From positions 80,983 to 144,982 of the IMG/VR virus record IMGVR_UViG_2938655777_000006: a stretch of 64,000 bases of DNA. One strand, given 5' to 3'. The notes under the pieces were generated by a model. It saw nothing but the letters and a program-made list of their open reading frames with translations. It did not search any database and was not told the DNA's origin. This document shows positions 47,695 to 56,228 of the stretch, one piece after another (the stretch's first letter is position 1; each line of letters starts with the position of its first letter). The DNA is from a virus (taxonomy: Duplodnaviria > Heunggongvirae > Uroviricota > Caudoviricetes). The translations under genes and the position numbers were made by a program.

Positions 47695-48522
47695 ATGACA
47701 ACTAAAAATAACAAGCAAGTAAAACAACCATTTTACGAAATTAATGAGACAGTTTATATCAAACCACTTAAGGTAAAAGGTGTTGTTAAGGGATATTTGG
47801 ATGGTTTGACAGTGGTAACATTTTTTATTAAAGGCAAAAGACGTACAAACAAGTTTGAAGACTCCTTGCTACGCCATTACAAAGAAAAAACAAATAAGTT
47901 AATCAGTATGCCAAAATTATTTAGAGGCGAACTTGTCCTTAATAAAAAAGATACAGAGACAATTACTAAAATCACTGAAATTTTAAAATCTTCAGTTAAT
48001 AACCCAATAGTACCTGAATCTATTTCCGACTTCTTTAAAGTACGCGAGTTCCAAAAAGCGTTTAATTGCCCTGCTCCAGATGTGCCAACTATCCTGTCAG
48101 ATAAATTGGCAATCAATCGTGCCTCTTTTATTCTTGAGGAAGTGATTGAGTTGTTGTATGCTACTGCTGGCAACAAAAAGAGATTCGATAAGTTTTTTGC
48201 TGAATTAATCTTGAATGCAGAAGAAACATATAAAAAACAACTCACTAAGCCTTTCCCTGAAGATCGTCTAATTGGGCAAATCGATGCTCTTATTGATATC
48301 AAGTATTTTGCTGAAGGAGGACTTGTTGAGGCTTCTGTTGTTCCTGATAGAATTTTTGATTTGGTTCATCAAGCAAATATGTCAAAAATTTTTCCCGATG
48401 GGAAGCCACATTATAATGAAGTAGGCAAGGTAATTAAACCTGAAGGATGGGAAGCTCCAGAACCTAAAATCGAAGAAGAAGTGAAGCGGCAAATTAAACT
48501 TGGCTCTAAACGATTCAATTGA
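47695..48522 (+). CDS. MazG-like NTP pyrophosphohydrolase (all-alpha) with N-terminal extension
   Basis: C-terminal region ...FQKAFNCPAPDVPTILSDKLAINRASFILEEVIELLYA... resembles MazG/dimeric dUTPase-type fold; RBS ataaGGGAGccaaaatacatATG. Confidence 0.45.
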   Translation: MTTKNNKQVKQPFYEINETVYIKPLKVKGVVKGYLDGLTVVTFFIKGKRRTNKFEDSLLRHYKEKTNKLISMPKLFRGELVLNKKDTETITKITEILKSSVNNPIVPESISDFFKVREFQKAFNCPAPDVPTILSDKLAINRASFILEEVIELLYATAGNKKRFDKFFAELILNAEETYKKQLTKPFPEDRLIGQIDALIDIKYFAEGGLVEASVVPDRIFDLVHQANMSKIFPDGKPHYNEVGKVIKPEGWEAPEPKIEEEVKRQIKLGSKRFN

Positions 48523-48583
48523 TTATAATGTGCTTGGGCGGTGGTAATTCCACTGCCTTTATTTATGAAGAGGAGTAGATAAT

Positions 48584-49372
48584 ATGTCATCCGTTGATAA
48601 CCAATATTTAGCGCTCGTAAGAGATATTCTAGAGAATGGATACGAAGATACCAATAGAACAGCAGATCGTAGCAAAAAAGTGTTTGGAAAAGTATTGCGT
48701 TTTAATCTTGCTGAAGAGTTCCCTCTTCTCACACTTAAATTCACTGGCTATAAAACACTAACTAAAGAAATGCTATGGATTTATCAGCAGGGATCGAATG
48801 ATGTACAGTGGCTAAATGATAGAGGTATTAAAATTTGGGATGAATGGAAGTTGCCCGATGGTACTATAGGCGAAGCTTATGGCGCTCAAATCAAAAAGCA
48901 TAATCAAATCAATAAGTTGATTAACGAACTTAAAAATAACCCCCAATCTAGAAGAATGGTTATTGATTTGTGGGCTGTTGCCGATTTGGATAAAATGTCG
49001 TTAACTCCTTGTATGTTTAATCACATTGCTGATGTGAATGATGGGAAGCTGAATTGGCATACAACAATTAGATCTTCTGATGTAGCTCTGGGCTTACCAT
49101 ACAATATAGCTCAGACAGCCATTCTAGTGCATATGATTGCACAAGTAGCTGGGTTACAAGTGGGAGAATTGATGATAGCAATAACTAATGCTCATCTGTA
49201 TGAACAACACTATGAGCCTATAAAGGAAATCTTCAACCGTACATCATATCCTGCACCTAAGTTGTGGCTTGATCCAACAGTAACAGATTTTCATGAATTT
49301 GATGTAGACAAACACGTTAAAGTGTTTAATTACCAATCACATCCGTCAATAAAAATGCGAGTATCAGTATGA
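48584..49372 (+). CDS. thyA: thymidylate synthase ThyA-family enzyme (TS or dUMP hydroxymethylase)
   Basis: Collinear with E. coli ThyA: IWDEW, RRMVIDLWAVADLDKMSLTPC (catalytic Cys), RSSDV, GLPYNIAQ (Asn = dUMP specificity), HLY; His after the Cys is replaced by Met. Confidence 0.65.
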   Translation: MSSVDNQYLALVRDILENGYEDTNRTADRSKKVFGKVLRFNLAEEFPLLTLKFTGYKTLTKEMLWIYQQGSNDVQWLNDRGIKIWDEWKLPDGTIGEAYGAQIKKHNQINKLINELKNNPQSRRMVIDLWAVADLDKMSLTPCMFNHIADVNDGKLNWHTTIRSSDVALGLPYNIAQTAILVHMIAQVAGLQVGELMIAITNAHLYEQHYEPIKEIFNRTSYPAPKLWLDPTVTDFHEFDVDKHVKVFNYQSHPSIKMRVSV

Positions 49373-49860
49373 GTATTATTGTTATAGCCGCTTTTGACAA
49401 GAATGGTTTGATAGGTAACGGCAATGAACTGCCTTGGAAGATTAAAACTGACATGGACTTTTTTAAGACACAAACCATAGGAAATAATGTTGTAATGGGC
49501 AGAAAAACATTTGAGAGTATTGGAAAGCCGCTTAAAAACAGAGTTAATATAATTCTCACAAGAAATATTGGCTATAAGGCAGATGGGTGCTTAGTCTTTA
49601 ATAGTATAGATGACATATTGAACTTCGCAAAAAAATCTGACAAAGAAACATTTATAATAGGTGGCAAAGAGGTATATGATTTATTTATGCCATATTCAGA
49701 TAAAATGATACTGACACAAATAGATGGGGAGTTTATCGGGGATACATATTTCCCTTTGTATGATTATAATAAGTGGAGAAAGGTCAACAGCATTGATATT
49801 GAAGCAGAAAAGCCTTACGACTATACAATAAGAATTGTATACTATGAATTAAATAAATAA
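49369..49860 (+). CDS. folA: dihydrofolate reductase
   Basis: IVIAAFDKNGLIGNGNELPW...VVMGRKTFESIG classic DHFR; ATGA overlap with thyA. Confidence 0.7.
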   Translation: MSIIVIAAFDKNGLIGNGNELPWKIKTDMDFFKTQTIGNNVVMGRKTFESIGKPLKNRVNIILTRNIGYKADGCLVFNSIDDILNFAKKSDKETFIIGGKEVYDLFMPYSDKMILTQIDGEFIGDTYFPLYDYNKWRKVNSIDIEAEKPYDYTIRIVYYELNK

Positions 49861-49877
49861 AAATAATGAAATACATA

Positions 49878-49906
49878 TATACAAAAATAATTAAATATGA
49901 TAATAT
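49878..49906 (+). promoter_or_regulatory. promoter, TATACA-17-TGaTAATAT (extended -10) with upstream TAATGAAATA element
   Basis: Same architecture and ~27/30-nt shared upstream sequence as promoter at 59062; predicted +1 falls inside left arm of the terminator hairpin. Confidence 0.4.
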
Positions 49907-49908
49907 GA

Positions 49909-49939
49909 GTACAGGTTAAATCAAGCCTGTACTTTTTTT
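49909..49939 (+). terminator. rho-independent terminator
   Basis: GTACAGG-ttaaatcaag-CCTGTAC followed by TTTTTTT, 49 nt after DHFR stop. Confidence 0.5.
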
Positions 49940-49981
49940 ATTAGGAGGTTGATAGTTTGAAAGAGTTGGCAAGGGAAGGAA

Positions 49982-50503
49982 GTGAAGAGTACGCTTTTCT
50001 TCATAACAAACATTGTACCTACGATCATATTGGGATTAATGATGAGGTATGGTCGTCGAATATTCAAAGAAGATTTTTCTCAAATAAATTCAAAATTAAA
50101 TAGAGAATCAATCTTCAATTCATTTTGTTTTGCCATTATGGGCTTCTCGATTATATCAAAATTATCTTCATTAGTGGTAGCACAGCAACCAGTAACACCG
50201 CATATTCAAACACCGATTATGTATGTGTATGCCATAGCATTTAGTCCTGTTTTTGAAGAATTAATTTGTAGAAAGTATATATTCACGAAACTACATAAAC
50301 GCTACAACTTTTGGCTGTCAGCAATTTTAAGTTCCATCATATTTGCAATTCCACACTTTAACGCAGTTAATTTTATAGCATACGTGTTTATTGGAATTGT
50401 ATGGAGTTGGTATTATAAAAAGACAGATAACATCCTAGTACCAATATTCAGCCATTTATTATTTAATTACTTCGTCATTTTATTTATGTCACTGAGAGGA
50501 TGA
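49982..50503 (+). CDS. CPBP (CAAX protease/Abi) family intramembrane metalloprotease
   Basis: Motifs EELICRKYIF (EExxxR), FAIPHF (FxxxH), HLLFN (HxxxN) in multi-TM protein; GTG start; strong SD AGGAGG at 49943 instead serves an out-of-frame TTG 49957. Confidence 0.5.
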   Translation: MKSTLFFITNIVPTIILGLMMRYGRRIFKEDFSQINSKLNRESIFNSFCFAIMGFSIISKLSSLVVAQQPVTPHIQTPIMYVYAIAFSPVFEELICRKYIFTKLHKRYNFWLSAILSSIIFAIPHFNAVNFIAYVFIGIVWSWYYKKTDNILVPIFSHLLFNYFVILFMSLRG

Positions 50504-50509
50504 AAAAAC

Positions 50510-50740
50510 ATGCAATTAAGTCATGAAGCACAAACACTGCTGGATATCTGTTGGGTTGATGGTGATCCTAGATCAACAACATTTATTATTGGAGAAAAGA
50601 CAAATTTTAAAGGCACAGAATTTAAGCCTAACGAAGAAACCTATAATGAATTATTGGAATATCAGTCCAGCTCTCCAAGACCATATAAGATTGAGAAGTT
50701 TGGCAAGTTCGTTAATCTCACGGGAAGGAAGGTGAAATAA
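50510..50740 (+). CDS. hypothetical protein (76 aa)
   Basis: Preferred over overlapping ORF 50523..50735. Confidence 0.35.
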   Translation: MQLSHEAQTLLDICWVDGDPRSTTFIIGEKTNFKGTEFKPNEETYNELLEYQSSSPRPYKIEKFGKFVNLTGRKVK

Positions 50741-50742
50741 AT

Positions 50743-50925
50743 TTGATTCACAACATTATACATAAAATATTCTGGAGTAAAGCATTTGAGGAAGTCAGAG
50801 AAGGACACAGGAAAATGTGCTATGAGCTAGGCATTAAAGATGGTCAGGATGAATTTGATAAAAATAATAAATTCTATAAAGAGTTTGCAGAAGCATATAA
50901 CAATGAATCAATCATATCAAATTAA
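50743..50925 (+). CDS. hypothetical protein (60 aa, TTG start)
   Basis: ORF in track. Confidence 0.35.
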   Translation: MIHNIIHKIFWSKAFEEVREGHRKMCYELGIKDGQDEFDKNNKFYKEFAEAYNNESIISN

Positions 50926-50953
50926 AATTAAATAATACATAGGAGAACAGTTG

Positions 50954-51241
50954 ATGAAAGTGAGTAACAGAGTTATTGAGCAGTATAAAGTGTGTTGTCC
51001 AATTAGTTTTTTAAAGTGTGATTCAATCACTGATGTTGAATACAAAATTAAAAGGGCAGTTACATTGGGAAGGAAATTTGCTGAACATGAAGACAGAAAA
51101 TATATACAATACCATTACCTTCAGTTTACAGTACAAAACGACAAAGTGGTTGATCTGACCAAAGATTATGATAAATACATAGAAGTCAGCGAAAGTATAA
51201 AAAACGCATATGATCGACTAGAAGGAAAGTTGCTAGTATAG
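50954..51241 (+). CDS. hypothetical protein (95 aa)
   Basis: ATG 50954 7 nt after AGGAGAA. Confidence 0.4.
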   Translation: MKVSNRVIEQYKVCCPISFLKCDSITDVEYKIKRAVTLGRKFAEHEDRKYIQYHYLQFTVQNDKVVDLTKDYDKYIEVSESIKNAYDRLEGKLLV

Positions 51242-51269
51242 CTCTTCGTAAAAGCCGTCTTTTATTAAA

Positions 51270-51878
51270 ATGGGAAATACATATAACAAGGTATTGATAA
51301 TACTAAAAGAGTTGATTTACATGATAGAAACTAAGAATATAGAGTTGACTACTCACGCTTTTGAACGAGTACAAGAGAGATTTGAGGATTATGGGAAAAA
51401 TAAAAAAATGGCAACAGATTATGTTAAAAAACTACTAAGAAGCTCTGAATACATTGGGTTAATTTCAGACAGAGATGAGGTAGACGCAGACTTTTATGTT
51501 TACAATAATGAGATAGCAATTCTAATAAGACCTAATACTACGCTGGTAGCAACCATATACAGTATTGATAGAGACAATCGACAATCCATTGGTTTTAGAG
51601 ATAAGGTGGTCGATTTATATAAAAAAGAATTAAGAAAAACTCATAGACTAGAAATGGCAAGACGAAGAAAAGTTGAAATTATAGAAGCCAAAAATGAAGC
51701 AGAAATAGCCATTCTAAAATTCAAACGGTTAACAACAAGATCAGAGAACGTAAAAAAAGAATGCAATAATAAGATTATTAAACTACAAAATGAAACATGG
51801 AATTATAAGAAAGAAATCAAGGACATACAGACACAGAAAAGGAACATTGCTTTTGCTATTGCAACTAATAATTTTTAA
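51270..51878 (+). CDS. hypothetical protein with C-terminal coiled coil
   Basis: ORF in track; alternative ATG 51321. Confidence 0.4.
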   Translation: MGNTYNKVLIILKELIYMIETKNIELTTHAFERVQERFEDYGKNKKMATDYVKKLLRSSEYIGLISDRDEVDADFYVYNNEIAILIRPNTTLVATIYSIDRDNRQSIGFRDKVVDLYKKELRKTHRLEMARRRKVEIIEAKNEAEIAILKFKRLTTRSENVKKECNNKIIKLQNETWNYKKEIKDIQTQKRNIAFAIATNNF

Positions 51879-51916
51879 ATAATACATAGAATATAATAAA
51901 TATAGAGGAGTAATGA

Positions 51917-52489
51917 ATATGCTCAACTGGATACGCAAGTGATATTTACGAGGGAAAAGAAGTACACGCAAAAGATTTTATTTTGAAATGTACAAGAGCA
52001 TTTGTAGCAACCGATATGAGAGATGCGCCATTGGATAAAGAAATTCCAGCACTTATGTTCTCTCCATACCACAAAGAATCACTAGGTAGGGTTATGGAGA
52101 GATTGGATTATTATCAAAAAATGACACTTGAAGAAGCGAAAGTTTTTGCAGAAGAGGAGTTCTTAGATTCAGTTGCAACTTATAACGATAGACTTAAATC
52201 AAAGCGACTGCTAAGAAAGAGGTATGAAGTTCTACTAGATGAAGTGATCTTGTGGAATCCTCCAACAGCAGAGCACACAGAACTAAAGAAATTTTGTGTA
52301 AATCAGATTAAAGATAGTATTGAATTGGACTGCGATGAAAGATTCATAAGTGTTCCATCTGGAAAACACCAGAGGAGTATATCGCTAATGGAATTAAGTC
52401 TGCTCAAAATGATATTGAATACTACACAAGAAAGCATAAAGAAGAAGTTGAACGAGTCAATAAGTGTAATCAATGGGTACAAGAATTGA
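51917..52489 (+). CDS. hypothetical protein; frame open from 51917 with no canonical start before TTG 51983
   Basis: SD AGAGGAG (51904-10) + 6 nt + ATA 51917; SD-led ATG 51919 in +1 frame gives only MLNWIRK*; protein-like sequence continues upstream of TTG 51983. Confidence 0.35.
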   Translation: MCSTGYASDIYEGKEVHAKDFILKCTRAFVATDMRDAPLDKEIPALMFSPYHKESLGRVMERLDYYQKMTLEEAKVFAEEEFLDSVATYNDRLKSKRLLRKRYEVLLDEVILWNPPTAEHTELKKFCVNQIKDSIELDCDERFISVPSGKHQRSISLMELSLLKMILNTTQESIKKKLNESISVINGYKN

Positions 52490-52745
52490 AGAGTTCTCTA
52501 TAAAAAATAAATATAACATATCGGAGGATAAATTTAATGGGAAAAGTGATTTTTGGAGCCACTAAAGAAGTGGTTGGAATGTATATGGATTAGATATTAG
52601 AGAAATATGATGACAGTTTAATGGTATTGGCTCCACCTTCAGGGACAATAAACACATACGCGCCATCCAAGAAAGGAAAAAGCAAGGGTTATGAACGAGT
52701 AAAACTGTGAATCAACAATAGATCATACCAAGGAGGGATATACAG

Positions 52746-52895
52746 ATGATCGGATGGTTTAAGAGATTAATATGCAAATACAGAGGGCACAAGTGGGAAA
52801 CGTATACGGTTAGCACGGGTTACTACAGTTACGACATAGAACAAGCAGGATATTGCACACGATGCAGCTATGACACTCATGGAGAATACGAATAG
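52746..52895 (+). CDS. small Cys/His-containing protein (49 aa)
   Basis: Hand-translated MIGWFKRLICKYRGHKWETYTVSTGYYSYDIEQAGYCTRCSYDTHGEYE; RBS caAGGAGGGatatacag. Confidence 0.3.
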   Translation: MIGWFKRLICKYRGHKWETYTVSTGYYSYDIEQAGYCTRCSYDTHGEYE

Positions 52896-52909
52896 GGGAG
52901 AATATGTAG

Positions 52910-53296
52910 ATGACACAAACATTGACAAGGGAGCAAGTTTTGGCGATGGAGCCAGTGGAAATCGACCGTCATATTCACATGATTTTGTTTGATGGCGAAG
53001 ATTTAACAGGATTTAAGTATAAACGTGTAACTTATACAATACCCGAAAGACGCACATTTGTTAAAGAAATTGATACGGGCGTGGTATGGAGAGAATGCCT
53101 AGCTTACTCTTTAGAGATTTCATCTGCATGGGAAGTTGAAGAAAAGATCAAGGAACTGAGGTTACAGGCTAAATATTGCATAGCATTAAAACAGGTTGTG
53201 ATTGGCACAGGAGAATATGTGGGAATGTTTGATTATATCCACGCAACTCCTGAACAACGTTGCAAAGCCGCGTTGTTGGCTGTACTGGACATTTAG
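52910..53296 (+). CDS. hypothetical protein (128 aa)
   Basis: RBS GGGGAGAAtatgtagATG. Confidence 0.4.
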   Translation: MTQTLTREQVLAMEPVEIDRHIHMILFDGEDLTGFKYKRVTYTIPERRTFVKEIDTGVVWRECLAYSLEISSAWEVEEKIKELRLQAKYCIALKQVVIGTGEYVGMFDYIHATPEQRCKAALLAVLDI

Positions 53297-53309
53297 GAGG
53301 ATGTTAAAG

Positions 53310-53714
53310 ATGAGCAATAAACACCGTGGTAAACACGTTCAAACAGGTGAATGGGCTTACGGTTATCTTATCGGAGATGATGTAATTGTTGGTGAGATTG
53401 TAGATTGGCATGATGAGTACTTTAACACTACACATTGGTATCTTGTAGAACCGACTACTGTTAGTAAATGTATAGAACTAAAAAATAAAAATGGCGTTGA
53501 AGCATACGATAAAGACATATTTAAAGTTCCCGATCTATATGAGACACCTGAGAATACATACCCAACATATCATTATGAGATGATTGAATATAGGGAATTT
53601 GCATGGCATTTGGGAGACCAGCCATTGTGCTACGACTATGATTTTGTATCAGATGTATGTGAGATCATTGGTAACATTCACGATAATCCTGAATTATTGG
53701 AGGCACGAACATGA
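53310..53714 (+). CDS. hypothetical protein (134 aa)
   Basis: ATG 53310 after ttAGGAGGatgttaaag; track ORF starts upstream inside previous gene. Confidence 0.4.
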   Translation: MSNKHRGKHVQTGEWAYGYLIGDDVIVGEIVDWHDEYFNTTHWYLVEPTTVSKCIELKNKNGVEAYDKDIFKVPDLYETPENTYPTYHYEMIEYREFAWHLGDQPLCYDYDFVSDVCEIIGNIHDNPELLEART

Positions 53715-53977
53715 AAGAAAAGCAATTCATATTTAATGGTTATCCAAGTGGAGATCACGAAGCATTTTGTTTTGATGTAGACAAAATTGATTTTAAACAA
53801 ATCACTGGAAGACAACCCAATAAATTTAATAAGGCGGTATTTAACAAAGGAATGTATATGGTTTATCCAAATGACTTGTTAGATGGGTTAACTGAGTCAG
53901 GAAAAAGGTATAAATTTGAAATCTCTATAAAGGTAATCGAAGAAGATATCTCAAAGGAGGGGAATGACAATGAATGA
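53711..53977 (+). CDS. hypothetical protein (88 aa)
   Basis: ATGA overlap. Confidence 0.4.
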   Translation: MKEKQFIFNGYPSGDHEAFCFDVDKIDFKQITGRQPNKFNKAVFNKGMYMVYPNDLLDGLTESGKRYKFEISIKVIEEDISKEGNDNE

Positions 53978-54339
53978 AATTCTAACAATCATAAAAAAGC
54001 TTAAAAAAGGTAAAAGAGTTATGTTTAAAAAAGTCAGCAAGAAGAATGCAGTATGTGCGCTATTAAATGAATATAAAATTACTACATATATTGAAGGGAT
54101 CTTTTGTGCAGATCGGCTATCAACATACAGATGAATATGAGAAGGAGAATATCAAACAATGAGTTGCTTAGAAGTTACTATGCGTGGATTGTCTAATATG
54201 CTCTACAACATCTCGCAAAACCCATGCAAAGAGAATTGCAATGTCATGTTGGACAGCATTAAGCGAACTCTTGTTGACTATAATAAAGTGGGTGGGAACA
54301 TCAATATTAAAGATTTTAGAGAAAAGGAGTAATCGAATA

Positions 54340-54705
54340 ATGTTTAAAAAAGAAGAAGTTGAATTATATTTAAACCTACACGATGATGTTACAAATAAGA
54401 TTTATGACATAATTCATTTACATAGTGCAATTGATAATAAATATTATGAAGTCAATGAAATACAATATAAAAATAACGTCATCATAGTGGATGTTGAATA
54501 TTATAAATATGGAGATCTTGAGTACGATTGCATACATATTGATCCACGAATGCTGTACGAAGAAGAATATTTTAATGAACTCAAGAATGAGACCGAGCAA
54601 GTGGAAAATGAACGATTAAATCAAATTAAAACTAAAGAGCAGCAGAGAATAAAAGAAGAATTAGAAAAGGCGCGCCAGTTAATTGCTAAGTATGAACATC
54701 AATAA
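54340..54705 (+). CDS. hypothetical protein (121 aa)
   Basis: ATG 54340 after AAAAGGAGtaatcgaata. Confidence 0.4.
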   Translation: MFKKEEVELYLNLHDDVTNKIYDIIHLHSAIDNKYYEVNEIQYKNNVIIVDVEYYKYGDLEYDCIHIDPRMLYEEEYFNELKNETEQVENERLNQIKTKEQQRIKEELEKARQLIAKYEHQ

Positions 54706-54742
54706 GATAAAAGTCTAGTTTTATCACTAAGAGGGATAAATT

Positions 54743-54982
54743 GTGGAAGAAGAATATGAATATCTTAAAGTGATCAACGATACTTTAGTTAATAAAGGTG
54801 AATACATTTTTAAGGAAGAAAATGCTGCTCAAAAATTTGCAAGAGAAGTGTTATCAGAGGCAGAAAACCAATACTCAGATGAGGGCTATTATCACGAATA
54901 CGAAGACTTTAAAGATTTCCTTTATACTCATCATGTTGATAGTATCGCATACTTCATTTATGGAGATAAGTATTCAAACTAA
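54743..54982 (+). CDS. hypothetical acidic protein (79 aa, GTG start)
   Basis: ctaAGAGGGAtaaattGTG. Confidence 0.4.
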   Translation: MEEEYEYLKVINDTLVNKGEYIFKEENAAQKFAREVLSEAENQYSDEGYYHEYEDFKDFLYTHHVDSIAYFIYGDKYSN

Positions 54983-55038
54983 TTCGTAGCCGATCAAATA
55001 CCTGTTTTACTAAAATAAAAATAAAGGAGAAATGTTGA

Positions 55039-55782
55039 ATGACATTAGAAAATAATATTAAAGATGTAATCAGTAAAAAACTTGAGGACGGAACTGTTGA
55101 ACGTTTAATTAGCGAACAACTTGAAAAAGGAGTCATTAATGCATTAGATAATATGTTCAGACCCTATGGAGATGTAACAAAGGTTATCGAAGAGCAAGTG
55201 AAGTCAGTTATGGTTCCATATATCGAATCTTATGATTATTCAAAATACATAATCAAAATGGACAGCGTACTAATAGATGTGTTGGATAGTTCGGCACTCG
55301 AAAATAAAAATCTACTTAAAAATTTTAAAACAGTGATTGAATTTGATGAACAAAAAGAAATTAAAGCCTCTGAACTTTATGAAAAATGGATGAAGTATGT
55401 GTCTGAAAATGTAGACACAAGCGAGTTAGAAGTAAATACCGATGACGGAGTAAGTTATGAATATGTCGATGTTCATCTTAGTATTGACCGAGATGAAAGT
55501 AGAAGTTGGAGTAGTTACGAGTATGCCAATCTAATTTTTGAATGTGAGCAAGATGAAGACGTGAATCAATCTATTCGTCTTTACAGATGGAAAGATGAGA
55601 AGAATAAAGGTTGGGATATTGAACGACACGAAATAAGAGATATTAAATCACTTAGATATTTAGACGAATTCGAATTGTTGCTTATGAATCTCTCCCAAAA
55701 CCGCACCAAAATTATTGTTGATACTGACGAAGAAAGTGATGAAGTTTTACCTGAAGCAGAACCAGAAGTGAGCTTTAGTTAA
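55039..55782 (+). CDS. hypothetical acidic protein (247 aa)
   Basis: RBS AAGGAGA 8 nt before ATG. Confidence 0.45.
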   Translation: MTLENNIKDVISKKLEDGTVERLISEQLEKGVINALDNMFRPYGDVTKVIEEQVKSVMVPYIESYDYSKYIIKMDSVLIDVLDSSALENKNLLKNFKTVIEFDEQKEIKASELYEKWMKYVSENVDTSELEVNTDDGVSYEYVDVHLSIDRDESRSWSSYEYANLIFECEQDEDVNQSIRLYRWKDEKNKGWDIERHEIRDIKSLRYLDEFELLLMNLSQNRTKIIVDTDEESDEVLPEAEPEVSFS

Positions 55783-55817
55783 TACATATTACTGTAAAAC
55801 ACTTGTTTTATAGAACT

Positions 55818-55849
55818 TGCTGCTCCTCAGGAGTCTATAAGGAGCAGCA
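55818..55849 (+). terminator. stem-loop (possible terminator, no clear U-run)
   Basis: ttgctgctcct-caggagtctata-aggagcagcaa perfect 10-bp stem 36 nt after gene 55039..55782. Confidence 0.3.
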
Positions 55850-56081
55850 CACTTATTAATGGGTTAATTCGAGAACAATTTCAAGCAATACATCAAATAG
55901 AACTTCTTTTAATTCCCATGTTGAATCGATAAAACGACTTGGAAAGATTACATTTACGTAGAAAGAAATGCAGATTTTGCGATAGGTATTAGATAAATGA
56001 GTAAAAATGATCAAGGTGTAACCACTCCTTTATTTTGTGACTCCTACACCTTGATTTCCTAGACAAGTTTGCGCTCTATAT

Positions 56082-56166
56082 ATGAGTACATTGTTAATTT
56101 TTATAGACAGACACGTTTTTGTGAGAAAGTGTTTCATTTTAGTGAGTACAATTGTTATTTATGGAC
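56082..56166 (+). repeat. two copies of a ~25-bp direct repeat upstream of sigma-factor gene
   Basis: aTGAGTACAtTGTTAaTTTtTAtaGAC (56082-56108) and gTGAGTACAaTTGTTATTTATGGAC (56142-56166); preceded by 10-bp inverted repeat tcaaggtgta/tacaccttga (56011-56054). Confidence 0.35.
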
Positions 56167-56228
56167 TACAAAATGATTTTAGCGAAGGAAAATGCAAAAA
56201 ATATCATTATACATAGAGGCGAAATAGC

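Noticed and set aside
47877-48302. 141-aa minus-strand ORF
   Set aside because: Antisense to MazG-like gene; no RBS; low-complexity.
50523-50735. 70-aa + strand ORF overlapping 50510..50740 in another frame
   Set aside because: Alternative frame of the same locus; the 76-aa frame looks more protein-like; cannot both be real.
52536-52625. tRNA-like long-range 8-bp inverted repeat (tggagcca … tggctcca) ~80 nt apart
   Set aside because: No D-arm/T-arm (GTTCRA) or anticodon-stem structure could be built; probably chance complementarity in a region of tiny ORFs.
53971-54066. Small ORF after 53711..53977
   Set aside because: On careful re-translation it is only ~31 codons (an initial 54-aa reading was a transcription slip); not supported.
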